In this document: piece after piece, positions 10,005 through 19,323 of the stretch
Layout of the letters: every line of letters starts with the position of its first letter
How positions within the stretch are numbered: the first letter of the stretch is position 1
DNA from: Candidatus Spongiisociaceae bacterium
GTDB taxonomy: Bacteria; Actinomycetota; Acidimicrobiia; Spongiisociales; Spongiisociaceae
Assembly (NCBI GenBank): GCA_965262915.1
Contig: OZ253564.1
Span: 3,168,001-3,232,000, forward strand
Direction: 5' to 3'
DNA: 64,000 nt
Program-made: the position numbers and the translations under genes
The notes under the pieces: generated by a model
Told to the model about the DNA's origin: nothing
The model's database searches: none
Seen by the model: only the letters and a program-made list of their open reading frames with translations

Positions 10005-11290
10005 TGCCCGACCGCCGCGGCGCCCTTTTCCCCCACAAGGGCGTCTCTCCGGAACCGGGAGAGCGTGAAAGGTGCGATCAGATCGGGAGTCCTCTGCCTA
10101 GCGATTGCCTCGGCCATCTGCTCGCCCGACACGGGTCCGGCCTTGAACCCGTAGGTTCCCCAGCCGACATCGCACAGGAACCCTTCCACGGGGGTGAATC
10201 CCATCACCGGCGAGTAGTCGGGAGTCATGTCGCAGAGGCCTGCCCACTGCCGGAGCAGGCGCATCCGAGAGATGCCGGGCATGAGTTCGAGCAGATGTCC
10301 CGCCGTTTGCTCCGTGAACTCCAGAGACCCGCGGATGTTGTATGTGTTGTATGGATCGACGGACGCTCCGAACACCAACTCGCCCCGGGCGGTCTGGCTG
10401 ACGTAGACGTGCAACGTCCCCGACACCACTACTACCGGCAGGAATACCTTGACGGGTTCGGTCACCGCGGCCTGGAGAGGACGGGTGGTGATCGGCAGCT
10501 TGACACCCGCCATGTCGGAGATCAGGGTGGCCCACCCCGCGGTGCAGTTCACAACGACGGGCGCAGCGATGTCGCCGCGGTTGGTACGAACCCCGGTGAC
10601 CCTGCCGCCCGGGCCCTTGCCACCGGGTCCGTCGCCTCCGGTGACCGTGATGTCGACGACCTCTGTCTTCTGGTGCATCTCGACGCCCAGGGAGTCAGCC
10701 CCGCGCGCGTATCCCCACACGACCGCGTCATGCCGGATGATGCCCCCCGGGGGGTGGTAGAGGGCGCCCATAATCGGGTAGCGGGGATGACCGGACGTAT
10801 CGAGGACCGGTGCCAGCTTCTTCACGTCGGCCGGTCCGATAACGCTCGAGTTGACACCCTGTAGCTTGTTGACCTCGGCCCGCCAGTGCATGGTGCGGAG
10901 AGATGCGTCGCTGTGCGCCAGGGTTATGTGACCGCGCTGGGAGAACATCACGTTCATGTTGAGATCGGTGGCCAGCGCTTTGTAGAGATGCAGGGAGCGG
11001 TCGTAGAACACCACGCCCTCGGGCGTGAGGTAGTTCGATCGAAGGATGGCCGTGTTGCGACCCGAGCCCCCGCTTCCGAGATAGGCCTTCTCGAACACGG
11101 CCACATCCGTGATGCCGTGGTTGGCAGCCAGATAGTAGGCGGTGGCCAACCCATGAACGCCCCCGCCGATGATTACAACGTCGTACGCCCCTCGCAGTGG
11201 TGCGTCTCGCCATACACGGGACCAACTGCTGTTCAGTGCGCCCCGGACGATGAGTCCGGCCGCCGAGTACCGGGAGAACCGCTTCTTCAT
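10001..11290 (-). CDS. soxB: Sarcosine oxidase / N-methylglutamate dehydrogenase beta subunit (FAD)
   Basis: IIGGGVHGLATAYYLA, GSGRNTAILRSNY, RHDAVVWGYA, GWGTYGFKAGP. Confidence 0.9.
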   Translation of the reverse strand: MKKRFSRYSAAGLIVRGALNSSWSRVWRDAPLRGAYDVVIIGGGVHGLATAYYLAANHGITDVAVFEKAYLGSGGSGRNTAILRSNYLTPEGVVFYDRSLHLYKALATDLNMNVMFSQRGHITLAHSDASLRTMHWRAEVNKLQGVNSSVIGPADVKKLAPVLDTSGHPRYPIMGALYHPPGGIIRHDAVVWGYARGADSLGVEMHQKTEVVDITVTGGDGPGGKGPGGRVTGVRTNRGDIAAPVVVNCTAGWATLISDMAGVKLPITTRPLQAAVTEPVKVFLPVVVVSGTLHVYVSQTARGELVFGASVDPYNTYNIRGSLEFTEQTAGHLLELMPGISRMRLLRQWAGLCDMTPDYSPVMGFTPVEGFLCDVGWGTYGFKAGPVSGEQMAEAIARQRTPDLIAPFTLSRFRRDALVGEKGAAAVGH

Positions 11291-11390
11291 GGGCAGTGGA
11301 TGGTAACGGTCCTCAGCACCGGGGATGTCGATCGAGTCGGGTCGAGCGGTGAAACGAGAAGCAGAGCGATCAATCCTACGGTATCGGTCT

Positions 11391-11960
11391 TCAGGTGCTG
11401 TCGACCCGCACCGGACCCGCTCGGATCAACCGGGGCGGGTCCCGCGTCAGATCGACAACGGTGGAGGGTCGACCCCCCTCGCATTCACCCTCGACGTAGA
11501 CCGCGACCCCGTCACCGAGCGCTCCCCTCGCCTCCTGGAGGTCGAGGGCGGGTGGGGCCCCGCTCAGGTTGGCGCTCGTTACGGCAAGCGGGCCCGACCG
11601 GGCGAGCAACCGCGCCAGGATCCGATGGTCTGGCATCCGCACAGCCAGGGTTCCGCGACGGTGGTCCCCTACCCCATTCGCCATCGCCGCCTTGGACTCG
11701 AGGATGGCTGTGAGCGCACCGGGCCAGTGCGGTTCGATCGCCTCGCGTGTCCTCTGTTCGAACACCACAAGCTCCTCGGCCTGCGCGAACGAGGCAACCA
11801 GCACCGCGAGGGGAAGGTGGGAGCCGCGCCCTTTCAGTTCGAAGAGCGCACGGACGGCAAACTGATTGGCAGGGTCCACCGCCACCCCGTACACGGTGTC
11901 GGTCGGGACACCGACCACCTGACCGTTGCCGATCGCCGCGACGGCTGCCTCGATGCTCAT
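11391..11960 (-). CDS. tsaC: L-threonylcarbamoyladenylate synthase (Sua5/YrdC/TsaC)
   Basis: PTDTVYG, LKGR, WPGALT, AVRMP, TSANLSG, PSTVVD. Confidence 0.92.
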   Translation of the reverse strand: MSIEAAVAAIGNGQVVGVPTDTVYGVAVDPANQFAVRALFELKGRGSHLPLAVLVASFAQAEELVVFEQRTREAIEPHWPGALTAILESKAAMANGVGDHRRGTLAVRMPDHRILARLLARSGPLAVTSANLSGAPPALDLQEARGALGDGVAVYVEGECEGGRPSTVVDLTRDPPRLIRAGPVRVDST

Positions 11961-12847
11961 CGGTCTCTCCGGGCTACGAGGAACCTGTCCCGTCCCGTCC
12001 AGTCGCGTCCGATCTCAGCCTGCCAGCCAAGGCCTTCGAACAACCCCTGCACCTCCTGCCCTTGTGTCTCGCCGATCTCAGCGGCCAGAACCCCGGATTG
12101 TGTCAACCATGGAGCCGCTTCCGACGCGAGATATCGGTACATGTCCACACCGTCTCCCAGCGCTAGGGCTACCTTCGGCTCATGGTCCCGGACATCGACA
12201 GGAAGGTCCTGCCACTCCCGTTCCGAAACGTAGGGAGGATTGGTGACGATCATCGAGACGGTACCCCGAACCGACCTATCGAGCGCATCGAGGCGGTCGC
12301 CCAAGTAAAACTCCAGTTCCAGGCCCGACCGTGTAGCGTTGCTGCGGGCAACCGCCAGCGCCTCGGCTGATATTTCTGTGGCCATCACCCGGACATCGGG
12401 GCGCCCGTACTTGATAGCGAGGGCGAGGCAACCCGACCCGGTCCCCATGTCGACCACAACGCACGGTCCGTCGGGAAACAGTCCCATCGCCCGCTCCCAG
12501 AGCTGCTCGGTCTCGGGGCGGGGTATCAGCACCCGCCGGTCCACATCCAGTTCGACGGGACCGAACTGCACGGTGCCCTCCAGATATTGGAGGGGTTCGC
12601 CGGCAAGCCGCCGCTCGACCAACCTGTGGAAGCGCCCTGCCTGGACATCATCCATCCGCAGGCCACCAACCAGCGCAGCACGGGGAGCACCGGCCACCCC
12701 TCTCAGGAGTCGCTCCGCCTCATGGCGGGGCAGGCCCGACCCGGAAACCAACTCGCCGGACTCCACCCGCCCGCTGACCGATCGTCGCAGAATCCGCCGA
12801 GGAGTCAGTCCGGTCATCGTCGCCACCCACCCTGCCGGCCTGTCCAT
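11957..12847 (-). CDS. prmC: Release factor glutamine methyltransferase (start approximate)
   Basis: GEPLQY, LIPRPETE, DMGTGSG, NPPY; follows prfA. Confidence 0.92.
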   Translation of the reverse strand: MDRPAGWVATMTGLTPRRILRRSVSGRVESGELVSGSGLPRHEAERLLRGVAGAPRAALVGGLRMDDVQAGRFHRLVERRLAGEPLQYLEGTVQFGPVELDVDRRVLIPRPETEQLWERAMGLFPDGPCVVVDMGTGSGCLALAIKYGRPDVRVMATEISAEALAVARSNATRSGLELEFYLGDRLDALDRSVRGTVSMIVTNPPYVSEREWQDLPVDVRDHEPKVALALGDGVDMYRYLASEAAPWLTQSGVLAAEIGETQGQEVQGLFEGLGWQAEIGRDWTGRDRFLVARRDR

Positions 12848-12883
12848 GAGATGCCCCGATCGTTCACGCGCTTGGTGGTTCGA

Positions 12884-13144
12884 TCAGAAGTCGTTGATAC
12901 CGAACCGTTGGCCGCGCGCCGGGATGTCGATCACGGTCGAGGGTGGAAGGCCCAACGCGCGGAGTTCGGCTGCCAACGCCCCCATAATGGAGCGGAGGGC
13001 GCCGGTGTCGTGGATTTCGACATCGACGGCTGTGGCCGACGCGCCGATCACCGAGCCGGCGCGGCCGACGCATCCCTGCACCACCTCCTCGACAGCCGCA
13101 GGCGGAAAGCCGGCATCCGACTGGAAGCGTACGAAAAGGATCAC
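12884..13144 (-). CDS. Small hypothetical protein (86 aa)
   Basis: GTG start overlaps prfA TGA (GTGA); fills the prfA-prmC gap; globular-looking composition. Confidence 0.6.
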   Translation of the reverse strand: MILFVRFQSDAGFPPAAVEEVVQGCVGRAGSVIGASATAVDVEIHDTGALRSIMGALAAELRALGLPPSTVIDIPARGQRFGINDF

Positions 13145-14220
13145 ATACCCTCCCCCAGTCGCCTCGTCGCCTCGTCGGCCCTCAAGGCATCCACGAAGGC
13201 GTCGAGTCCCCCCTCGAGTATCTGGGGGAGCCGTTTGATGGTCAATCCGATCCGGTGATCCGTAACCCGGTTCTCGCGGTAGTTGTAGGTGCGGATCTTC
13301 TCGGAACGGTTGCCGCTACCGATCTGTGATCGGCGGCCTGCGGCCCGGTCCGCGTTCTGCGCCTGCATCTCCTCTTGATAGAGGCGGGCCCGCAACACCC
13401 GGAACGCCTTCTCCTTGTTCTGAAGCTGGGACTTCTCGTCCTGACAAGTGACCACCATCCCGCTGGGCAGATACGTGACCCGCACCGCCGAGTCGGTGGT
13501 GTTGACCGATTGGCCTCCCGGTCCCGACGACCGGAAGGTGTCGACTTTCACATCCGCGGGGTCGATCACCACCTCGACTTCCTCTGCTTCCGGCATCACC
13601 GCCACCGTGGCTGTAGAAGTATGAACACGACCCTGCGACTCTGTCTTGGGCACGCGCTGCACGCGATGCACCCCGGCCTCGTACTTGAGCTTGGCGAAGG
13701 CTCCTCTTCCCTTGACGGCGAACGTGACCATGCTGAACCCGCCGGTGCCCGATCCGGAGCTGTTGAGAGGCTCCGACGCGAAACCCTTGAGTTCGGCATA
13801 CCGCTGGTACATCCTCAGCAGATCGCTCGCCCACAAGGCTGCCTCGGCACCCCCGGCTGCGGCCCTTATCTCGACGATCACATCCTTCGTGTCGTCCGGA
13901 TCCTGCGGTACAAGCGCCGCCTTCAGCTCCTCCCGGAGCCGATCCGCCGCCTGCTGCCTGTCCTCGGCCAGTTCCCGAAGCTCGTCGGCAAAGTCCGCGT
14001 CGCCTTCGGCGTCGGCCAGTTCCATCGCGTCGCGGGCCTCCTCTTCCGCCTCCCGCATTGCCCGGTACGAAGTGACCAGGGGTCGGAGTTTGGAGTATCG
14101 ACGGCCGATCTCCGCGTAACGGACGGGATCGGCCAGCACCTCCGGGTCAGCCAGCAACAACTCCGTCTCGTAGAAGGTCCGCTCGATCTCCGCCAAGCGT
14201 CTGGCCAGTCTTCCCTGCAT
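13141..14220 (-). CDS. prfA: Peptide chain release factor 1
   Basis: GGQ motif (SSGPGGQSVNTTDSAVR), PKT anticodon-mimic loop, IRTYNY. Confidence 0.97.
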   Translation of the reverse strand: MQGRLARRLAEIERTFYETELLLADPEVLADPVRYAEIGRRYSKLRPLVTSYRAMREAEEEARDAMELADAEGDADFADELRELAEDRQQAADRLREELKAALVPQDPDDTKDVIVEIRAAAGGAEAALWASDLLRMYQRYAELKGFASEPLNSSGSGTGGFSMVTFAVKGRGAFAKLKYEAGVHRVQRVPKTESQGRVHTSTATVAVMPEAEEVEVVIDPADVKVDTFRSSGPGGQSVNTTDSAVRVTYLPSGMVVTCQDEKSQLQNKEKAFRVLRARLYQEEMQAQNADRAAGRRSQIGSGNRSEKIRTYNYRENRVTDHRIGLTIKRLPQILEGGLDAFVDALRADEATRRLGEGM

Positions 14221-14229
14221 CGCGACCGG

Positions 14230-15162
14230 CTACCCGCCGTAGGTACCGAGCGCCTCCGGAGCGATCGGACCCCTCGCCTTCACCTCGTCAACCTCGTCGT
14301 CGGAGAGAGCATGGAGAAGGGCGACCACCGCCACGTCGATCATCGGCTCCTCCGGCACACGCGTCGTGAGGCGTTGCAACCACAACCCGGGAGCGGTGAG
14401 TATCCGGCCCGGCAACCGGCCGGCATGCGATCCGCCCAGCTTCAGTATCTCGTAGGAGATGCCGGCCACTAACGGGATCAGAACCACTCGGCTGGCGATC
14501 AACCAGTACCACGGCAGGTTGCCGACCAGACTGAACACCACGATGGCGGTCAGCATGACTATCAGGAGGAAGCTGGTTCCGCATCGTGGGTGTTCGGGAC
14601 GGTAGGTACCTATATGGGCCAGGTCGAGCGGATCGCCGGCTTCGTACGCATGGATGGTCATGTGCTCGGCTCCGTGATAAGCGAACACTCTCCCGATCTC
14701 CTCCCATCGCCCGATCAACCAGATATACGCGACCAGCATTCCGATCCGGATCACGGCCTCGACGAGATGGAATACGACCGATGAAGCGTCAAACCCGCCC
14801 CACCGGGCCGCCAGCAACGGAACCACGATGAAGACACCGACAAAGAACACCGCCGCCAGCGTCATCGAACTCACCATCTGACCGGTGGTGACCGGTTCCT
14901 CGTCCTCCCCCGCGGACCGCTGGCCTGACCAGGCCAGCGCGCGGAACCCGAGAGTGACGCTCTCGCCCAGCACCAGCACCCCCCTGATTAGGGGAACCTT
15001 GGCCCAACGGGACCGCGAACTGAGCCGGGGTAGCTGGTGGGATACGGCATCGATCTCCCCGTCCGGGGTGCGCACCGCTACCGCCCAAGCGGAGGGCGCG
15101 CGCATCATGACACCCTCGATGACCGCCTGGCCTCCTACCTTGGCGCCTGGGGAGCGCGACAC
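14230..15162 (-). CDS. DUF1385 family membrane protein
   Basis: VGGQAVIEGVMM, YHGAEH, HPRCGTSF, PGLWLQRLTT; usual rpmE-prfA neighbour. Confidence 0.88.
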   Translation of the reverse strand: MSRSPGAKVGGQAVIEGVMMRAPSAWAVAVRTPDGEIDAVSHQLPRLSSRSRWAKVPLIRGVLVLGESVTLGFRALAWSGQRSAGEDEEPVTTGQMVSSMTLAAVFFVGVFIVVPLLAARWGGFDASSVVFHLVEAVIRIGMLVAYIWLIGRWEEIGRVFAYHGAEHMTIHAYEAGDPLDLAHIGTYRPEHPRCGTSFLLIVMLTAIVVFSLVGNLPWYWLIASRVVLIPLVAGISYEILKLGGSHAGRLPGRILTAPGLWLQRLTTRVPEEPMIDVAVVALLHALSDDEVDEVKARGPIAPEALGTYGG

Positions 15163-15179
15163 GATCCGGCCGCCGACAG

Positions 15180-15458
15180 TCAGGTCCTGGCGCCCGCGCT
15201 CCCTCGACCGCGGGCAAGCTTCCCGTAGCGCCGCTCGAACCGCTCGACTCTCCCCGCGGTGTCCACGAGCTTCTGCTTGCCCGTGAAGAACGGATGGCTG
15301 GCGCTGGATATCTCGACCCGTGCCAGCGGATAGGTCTCGCCGTCTTCCCAGACGATCGTCTCGTTGGTGCGGATGGTCGAGCGGGTGAGGAACGCGAAGT
15401 TGGCGGATGCGTCCTGGAACACAACCGGTTTGTATTGGGGATGTATGTCTTGCTTCAC
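15180..15458 (-). CDS. rpmE: 50S ribosomal protein L31, type B (no Zn-binding Cys)
   Basis: [16 protein letters not shown]...[31 protein letters not shown]. Confidence 0.95.
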   Translation of the reverse strand: MKQDIHPQYKPVVFQDASANFAFLTRSTIRTNETIVWEDGETYPLARVEISSASHPFFTGKQKLVDTAGRVERFERRYGKLARGRGSAGART

Positions 15459-15646
15459 GGATACTCCTGTTCCGTCGTGCCGGTTCTGCTCATCATCCGC
15501 CTCCCCCGGCGTCCCGGACCGGGGAAGGGCAGCAGGCTCCGAGAATTATGCCACGTCCCGAGAGAATGGCGAGCATCAACCGGCGCCGGCCCGATCGATG
15601 ACGGGACGCACTGATCGGGGACCCGCCGCGGCCCCGCGCCGACCGA

Positions 15647-15720
15647 TAGTGGTCTGTCTGTGAAATGGCGTCGTGTCATGCAAACAGGGCACGGCAAGTT
15701 GTTCGCCGACAGACCGCTAG
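15647..15720. repeat. TAGTGGTCTGTC family element, copy 3, at the rho stop
   Basis: tagtggtctgtctgtgaaatggcgtcg...gacagaccgctag; terminal CTAG contains the rho stop. Confidence 0.85.
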
Positions 15721-17267
15721 TTACGGGACTTGGCTACCTCCGCGAGGAACTCGGCGTTCGACTTCGAGGTCCTCAGCTTGTCGATCAGCAGCTCAAGGCC
15801 CGCTCCCGGCTCCAAGGCCAGCAGCACCCTCCGCAGCTTCCACACCTGCTTGAGCTCGTCCGGACCGAACAGCAGTTCCTCCCTCCGGGTACCGGAGGCG
15901 GCGATGTCGATGGCCGGATACACCCGCCTGTCGGCCAGCCGGCGATCCAACCGCAACTCCATGTTCCCGGTCCCCTTGAACTCCTCGAATATCACCTCGT
16001 CCATCTTCGAACCGGTCTCGACCAGCGCGGTACCGATGATGGTCAGGCTGCCCCCTTCCTCGATGTTGCGGGCCGCACCGAAGAAACGCTTCGGGGGGTA
16101 GAGGGCCGTCGAGTCGACTCCACCGGACAGGATACGACCCGATGCGGGGGTGGCCAGGTTGTGGGCCCGGGCGAGCCGGGTAATGGAATCGAGCAGGATG
16201 ACGACATCCTTGCCCATCTCCACGAGGCGCTTGGCCCTCTCGATAGCAAGCTCGGAGACCTGTGTGTGCTCTTCTGCCGGGCGATCAAAGGTCGAGTAGA
16301 TCACTTCGCCCTTCACCGAGCGCTGCATGTCAGTCACCTCTTCGGGCCGCTCATCGACCAGGACCACCATCAGGTAGCACTCGGGGTTGTTGGTGGTGAT
16401 CGCCTGGGCTATCTCCTTGAGCACGGTGGTCTTTCCGGCCTTGGGCGGGGATACGATCAGACCGCGCTGGCCCTTGCCGATCGGCGCGATGAGATCGACT
16501 ATCCGGGTCAGCGTGTTGCGGGGCCTCAGGGATACCTCCAGGCGCAACCGGATATCGGGGAACAGCGGCGTGAGATTGGAGAACTTGGGTCGCCGGCGGG
16601 CCTCGTCGGGCGTCATACCGTTGTTCTTGTCGATCCGGGTGAGAGCCGGGAACTTCTCCTGACTCCTCGGCGGACGGATCGGACCGCTCACGACATCGCC
16701 CTTCCGAAGGGCAAACTTCCGGATCTGACCGGCCGAGACGTACACGTCCTTCTCACCCGGAAGGAATCCTCCGCATCGCAGGAACCCGTAGCCCTCCGGA
16801 AGGATGTCGAGGGCTCCCTCCCTTACCTCGGGAGGGCCTGAGGGGACCGCGTGCTGTCCTCCGCCGCCACGACCCCGACGCTTCCGGCGGCCGGTGGGCT
16901 GATCCGAGGCCTTCCAGCCTCCCTCCTTCCGCCCGCCTCCGCTCCGCTGGTGACCAGGGGCGGTCGCGGCGGGTGCTCCGGTCTTGGCAGGAGCGGCGGA
17001 CGCCCGCGGCTCCCCGTTGGAATCGCCCCGTTTGACCGTTGCCTCCTCCGCCGGTGGCTTCGTCTTGGCCTTCGAACCGACATCCTTGGCTACCACTTCC
17101 GGAAGGTCGATCGCGATGACACCGTCGGATCCGGCATACGTCCCGGTTCCCATGATCGCGTCGATGAGCTTGGCTTTCTGGATGCCGTCGGTCTTGATGC
17201 CGACGGTCTCGGCGATGCTACGAAGATCCTTGATATTCTTGGCCTGTAGCTCTGATCGAATGGCCAT
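15717..17267 (-). CDS. rho: Transcription termination factor Rho with a low-complexity N-terminal insert
   Basis: [45 protein letters not shown]. Confidence 0.98.
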   Translation of the reverse strand: MAIRSELQAKNIKDLRSIAETVGIKTDGIQKAKLIDAIMGTGTYAGSDGVIAIDLPEVVAKDVGSKAKTKPPAEEATVKRGDSNGEPRASAAPAKTGAPAATAPGHQRSGGGRKEGGWKASDQPTGRRKRRGRGGGGQHAVPSGPPEVREGALDILPEGYGFLRCGGFLPGEKDVYVSAGQIRKFALRKGDVVSGPIRPPRSQEKFPALTRIDKNNGMTPDEARRRPKFSNLTPLFPDIRLRLEVSLRPRNTLTRIVDLIAPIGKGQRGLIVSPPKAGKTTVLKEIAQAITTNNPECYLMVVLVDERPEEVTDMQRSVKGEVIYSTFDRPAEEHTQVSELAIERAKRLVEMGKDVVILLDSITRLARAHNLATPASGRILSGGVDSTALYPPKRFFGAARNIEEGGSLTIIGTALVETGSKMDEVIFEEFKGTGNMELRLDRRLADRRVYPAIDIAASGTRREELLFGPDELKQVWKLRRVLLALEPGAGLELLIDKLRTSKSNAEFLAEVAKSRN

Positions 17268-17535
17268 CTGGTTCCTCCATGCGGCTTTCCAAATGCGGGG
17301 ACTCCGCGTTACCCACGATCACTAACCCTCTCAATCACCCACCCAAATCACAGCACCCGGACTTGACCGGTACCTACCGGACAGACCCCGACGGTACGGA
17401 TCCGGACAAAGGCCTTCCAGACCTCGGCAATCCGTTCCAAAGCCACCACGTCCACGCATCGGGTTCCTACTTGGAAGAGAGAGCGCCCGACGGATTATGA
17501 GGGTCGATACCCGGCAGCTTTGCGGGAAGAATCGA

Positions 17536-17563
17536 ATGATACCCCATGCGGATGGAAACGCAA
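17536..17563 (-). promoter_or_regulatory. Putative housekeeping-sigma promoter for rho, giving a ~260-nt leader
   Basis: Minus strand TTGCGT-N16-TATCAT. Confidence 0.45.
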
Positions 17564-17603
17564 ATACTTCGTTCGAATAGAGCGCTAGAAAGGACCGCGC
17601 TGT

Positions 17604-17953
17604 AGAGGGTCCGTGGATAGGTGGTCACCTAGCGGGAACACAGCGTACGACCGTTCATGGGATGAACACGTTGACCAGGTGTTTCTCAAGCGGCGGCCGG
17701 ACAGGGCTAACGAGGCGATCGGCCTCCGCCTATCCGCCGACCCTCTGGGGAGGGTCGCGAAACGACAACGACCGGCCCCGCTCCGTTGCTCGTCGGCCGA
17801 CCCTCTCCTGCCGAGAGAGCATCCGCCGTAGCGGCCGCGAACCCTCCGACGAGAATGCCGAAAGACCCGGTCGCGGCCCATCGACCGATGACATAATGCC
17901 TGGTCAGAGGAAGACGGGCCGTTGCTCCCCACCGTTTTAGACCACCCTCCTAG
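17604..17953. repeat. Tandem array of three MITE-like units abutting the thrC stop
   Basis: 17604-17746 agagggtccgtggataggtgg...ccgcctatccgccgaccctct (homologue of 42600-42745); 17749-17847 ggagggtcgcg...cgcgaaccctcc; 17851-17950 homologue of 1490-1590; ends in CTAG. Confidence 0.78.
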
Positions 17954-19323
17954 ACGAAACGACTGGCCCTGCGAAGAAAACGGCCGACCGAAGCGAGGTC
18001 GTCGGGCATCCGGGTAACCCGTTCGGGACGCTTCTCAAGGCCCGCCAGCGCAGGCGGAACCGGTGCTGTCCGGCCCACCGCCGCATCCACCGCCGCCGGG
18101 AACTTGGCCGGGTGGGCGGTGGCAAGACACACCACGGGGCCTCCGACCCCGGAATCTCGGGCCGCACCGATACCGATCGCGGTATGTGGATCGACTATGC
18201 GGCCGGTGTTCCGGTAGATGTCGGCCATCACCTCCTTGGTGGCCCGGTCGTCGTACCACCGCGACAAGAAAATGGAGGTCTGGGGACCCTCCGGCACTTC
18301 GAGACACCCTGCTTCGCGGAGCCGGACCATGGCCCGCGCCAGGCGCCCGCCGTCGCTCCCGTACATCTCGAACATCAGGCGCTCCAGATTCGAGGGGACC
18401 TGGATGTCCATCGACGGGCTCAGGGTGGGAACCACTTCGCCCAGATCGAGCCTGTTCCTGCGGAAGAACCCGTCCAGGGTGCGGTTGGCGTTGCTGCCGA
18501 CCACCAACCGCGGGACCGGAAGACCCATCCTGGTGGCGGCGTAGCCGGAGTACACGTTTCCGAAGTTGCCGCTCGGCACCGCGAACGATACCGGTCCGCC
18601 GATACGGATAGCTGCCCAGAAGTAGTAGGCGATCTGGGTGACGAGACGCCCGAAGTTGATCGAGTTGGCGGTGGACAGCGACAGGTCCTCACGGAGGCCC
18701 GGCTCGGCGAACACTGCCTTGACCAGATCCTGGCAGTCGTCGAAGGTACCGTCGACGGCTACGGCATGGACGTTGGGCGCATCGATGGTGGTCATCTGGC
18801 GCCGCTGCACCGCCGTCGTCCGGCCGTCCGGAAAGAGGATCACCACATCCACCCGCTCGCGGTCGCGGAACGCCTCCATCGCCGCCGAACCGGTGTCGCC
18901 CGACGTGGCGCCCAGGATCATGGCGTTACCTCCCCGCCTCTCCAGCGCAAGGTCGAACAGCCTTCCCAACACCTGGAGCGCCAAATCCTTGAACGCCAGC
19001 GTCGGGCCCCAGAACAGCTCCATCAGGAACAGGTCATCGCTCAACTCGACGACCGGCGCCACCTCGGGGTGATCGAAACGGGCGAAGGCGTGCTCGACGA
19101 GTTCCCGCAGCCCCCTCTCGGAAACCAGGTCGGAGGTGAAAGGCCGCAGCACGCCGGACACGACCGAAGGGAATCCGCCACTGCGGTCGACGGTGGCGGG
19201 ATCGACCCGGGGCCAGACCTCCGGTACGTACAAACCCCCGTCCGGCGCCAGCCCGCTCAACATGGCCGTCGGAACGTCGACCGGGGCCGCCCGACCGCGA
19301 GTGGAGACGAGCCGGAGCGCCAC
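17950..19323 (-). CDS. thrC: Threonine synthase (long form)
   Basis: GTG 19323 overlaps hom stop; STRG, GLAPDGGLYVP, GPTLAFKD, ATSGDTG, PSGNFGN, ATAHPAKF. Confidence 0.95.
   Translation of the reverse strand: MALRLVSTRGRAAPVDVPTAMLSGLAPDGGLYVPEVWPRVDPATVDRSGGFPSVVSGVLRPFTSDLVSERGLRELVEHAFARFDHPEVAPVVELSDDLFLMELFWGPTLAFKDLALQVLGRLFDLALERRGGNAMILGATSGDTGSAAMEAFRDRERVDVVILFPDGRTTAVQRRQMTTIDAPNVHAVAVDGTFDDCQDLVKAVFAEPGLREDLSLSTANSINFGRLVTQIAYYFWAAIRIGGPVSFAVPSGNFGNVYSGYAATRMGLPVPRLVVGSNANRTLDGFFRRNRLDLGEVVPTLSPSMDIQVPSNLERLMFEMYGSDGGRLARAMVRLREAGCLEVPEGPQTSIFLSRWYDDRATKEVMADIYRNTGRIVDPHTAIGIGAARDSGVGGPVVCLATAHPAKFPAAVDAAVGRTAPVPPALAGLEKRPERVTRMPDDLASVGRFLRRASRFV

Noticed and set aside
15660-16841. 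Long antisense ORFs (also 13375-14472, 18112-19503, 25754-26980, 40761-42029, 54104-55390)
   Set aside because: Shadows of real genes in high-GC DNA, with no recognisable motifs.
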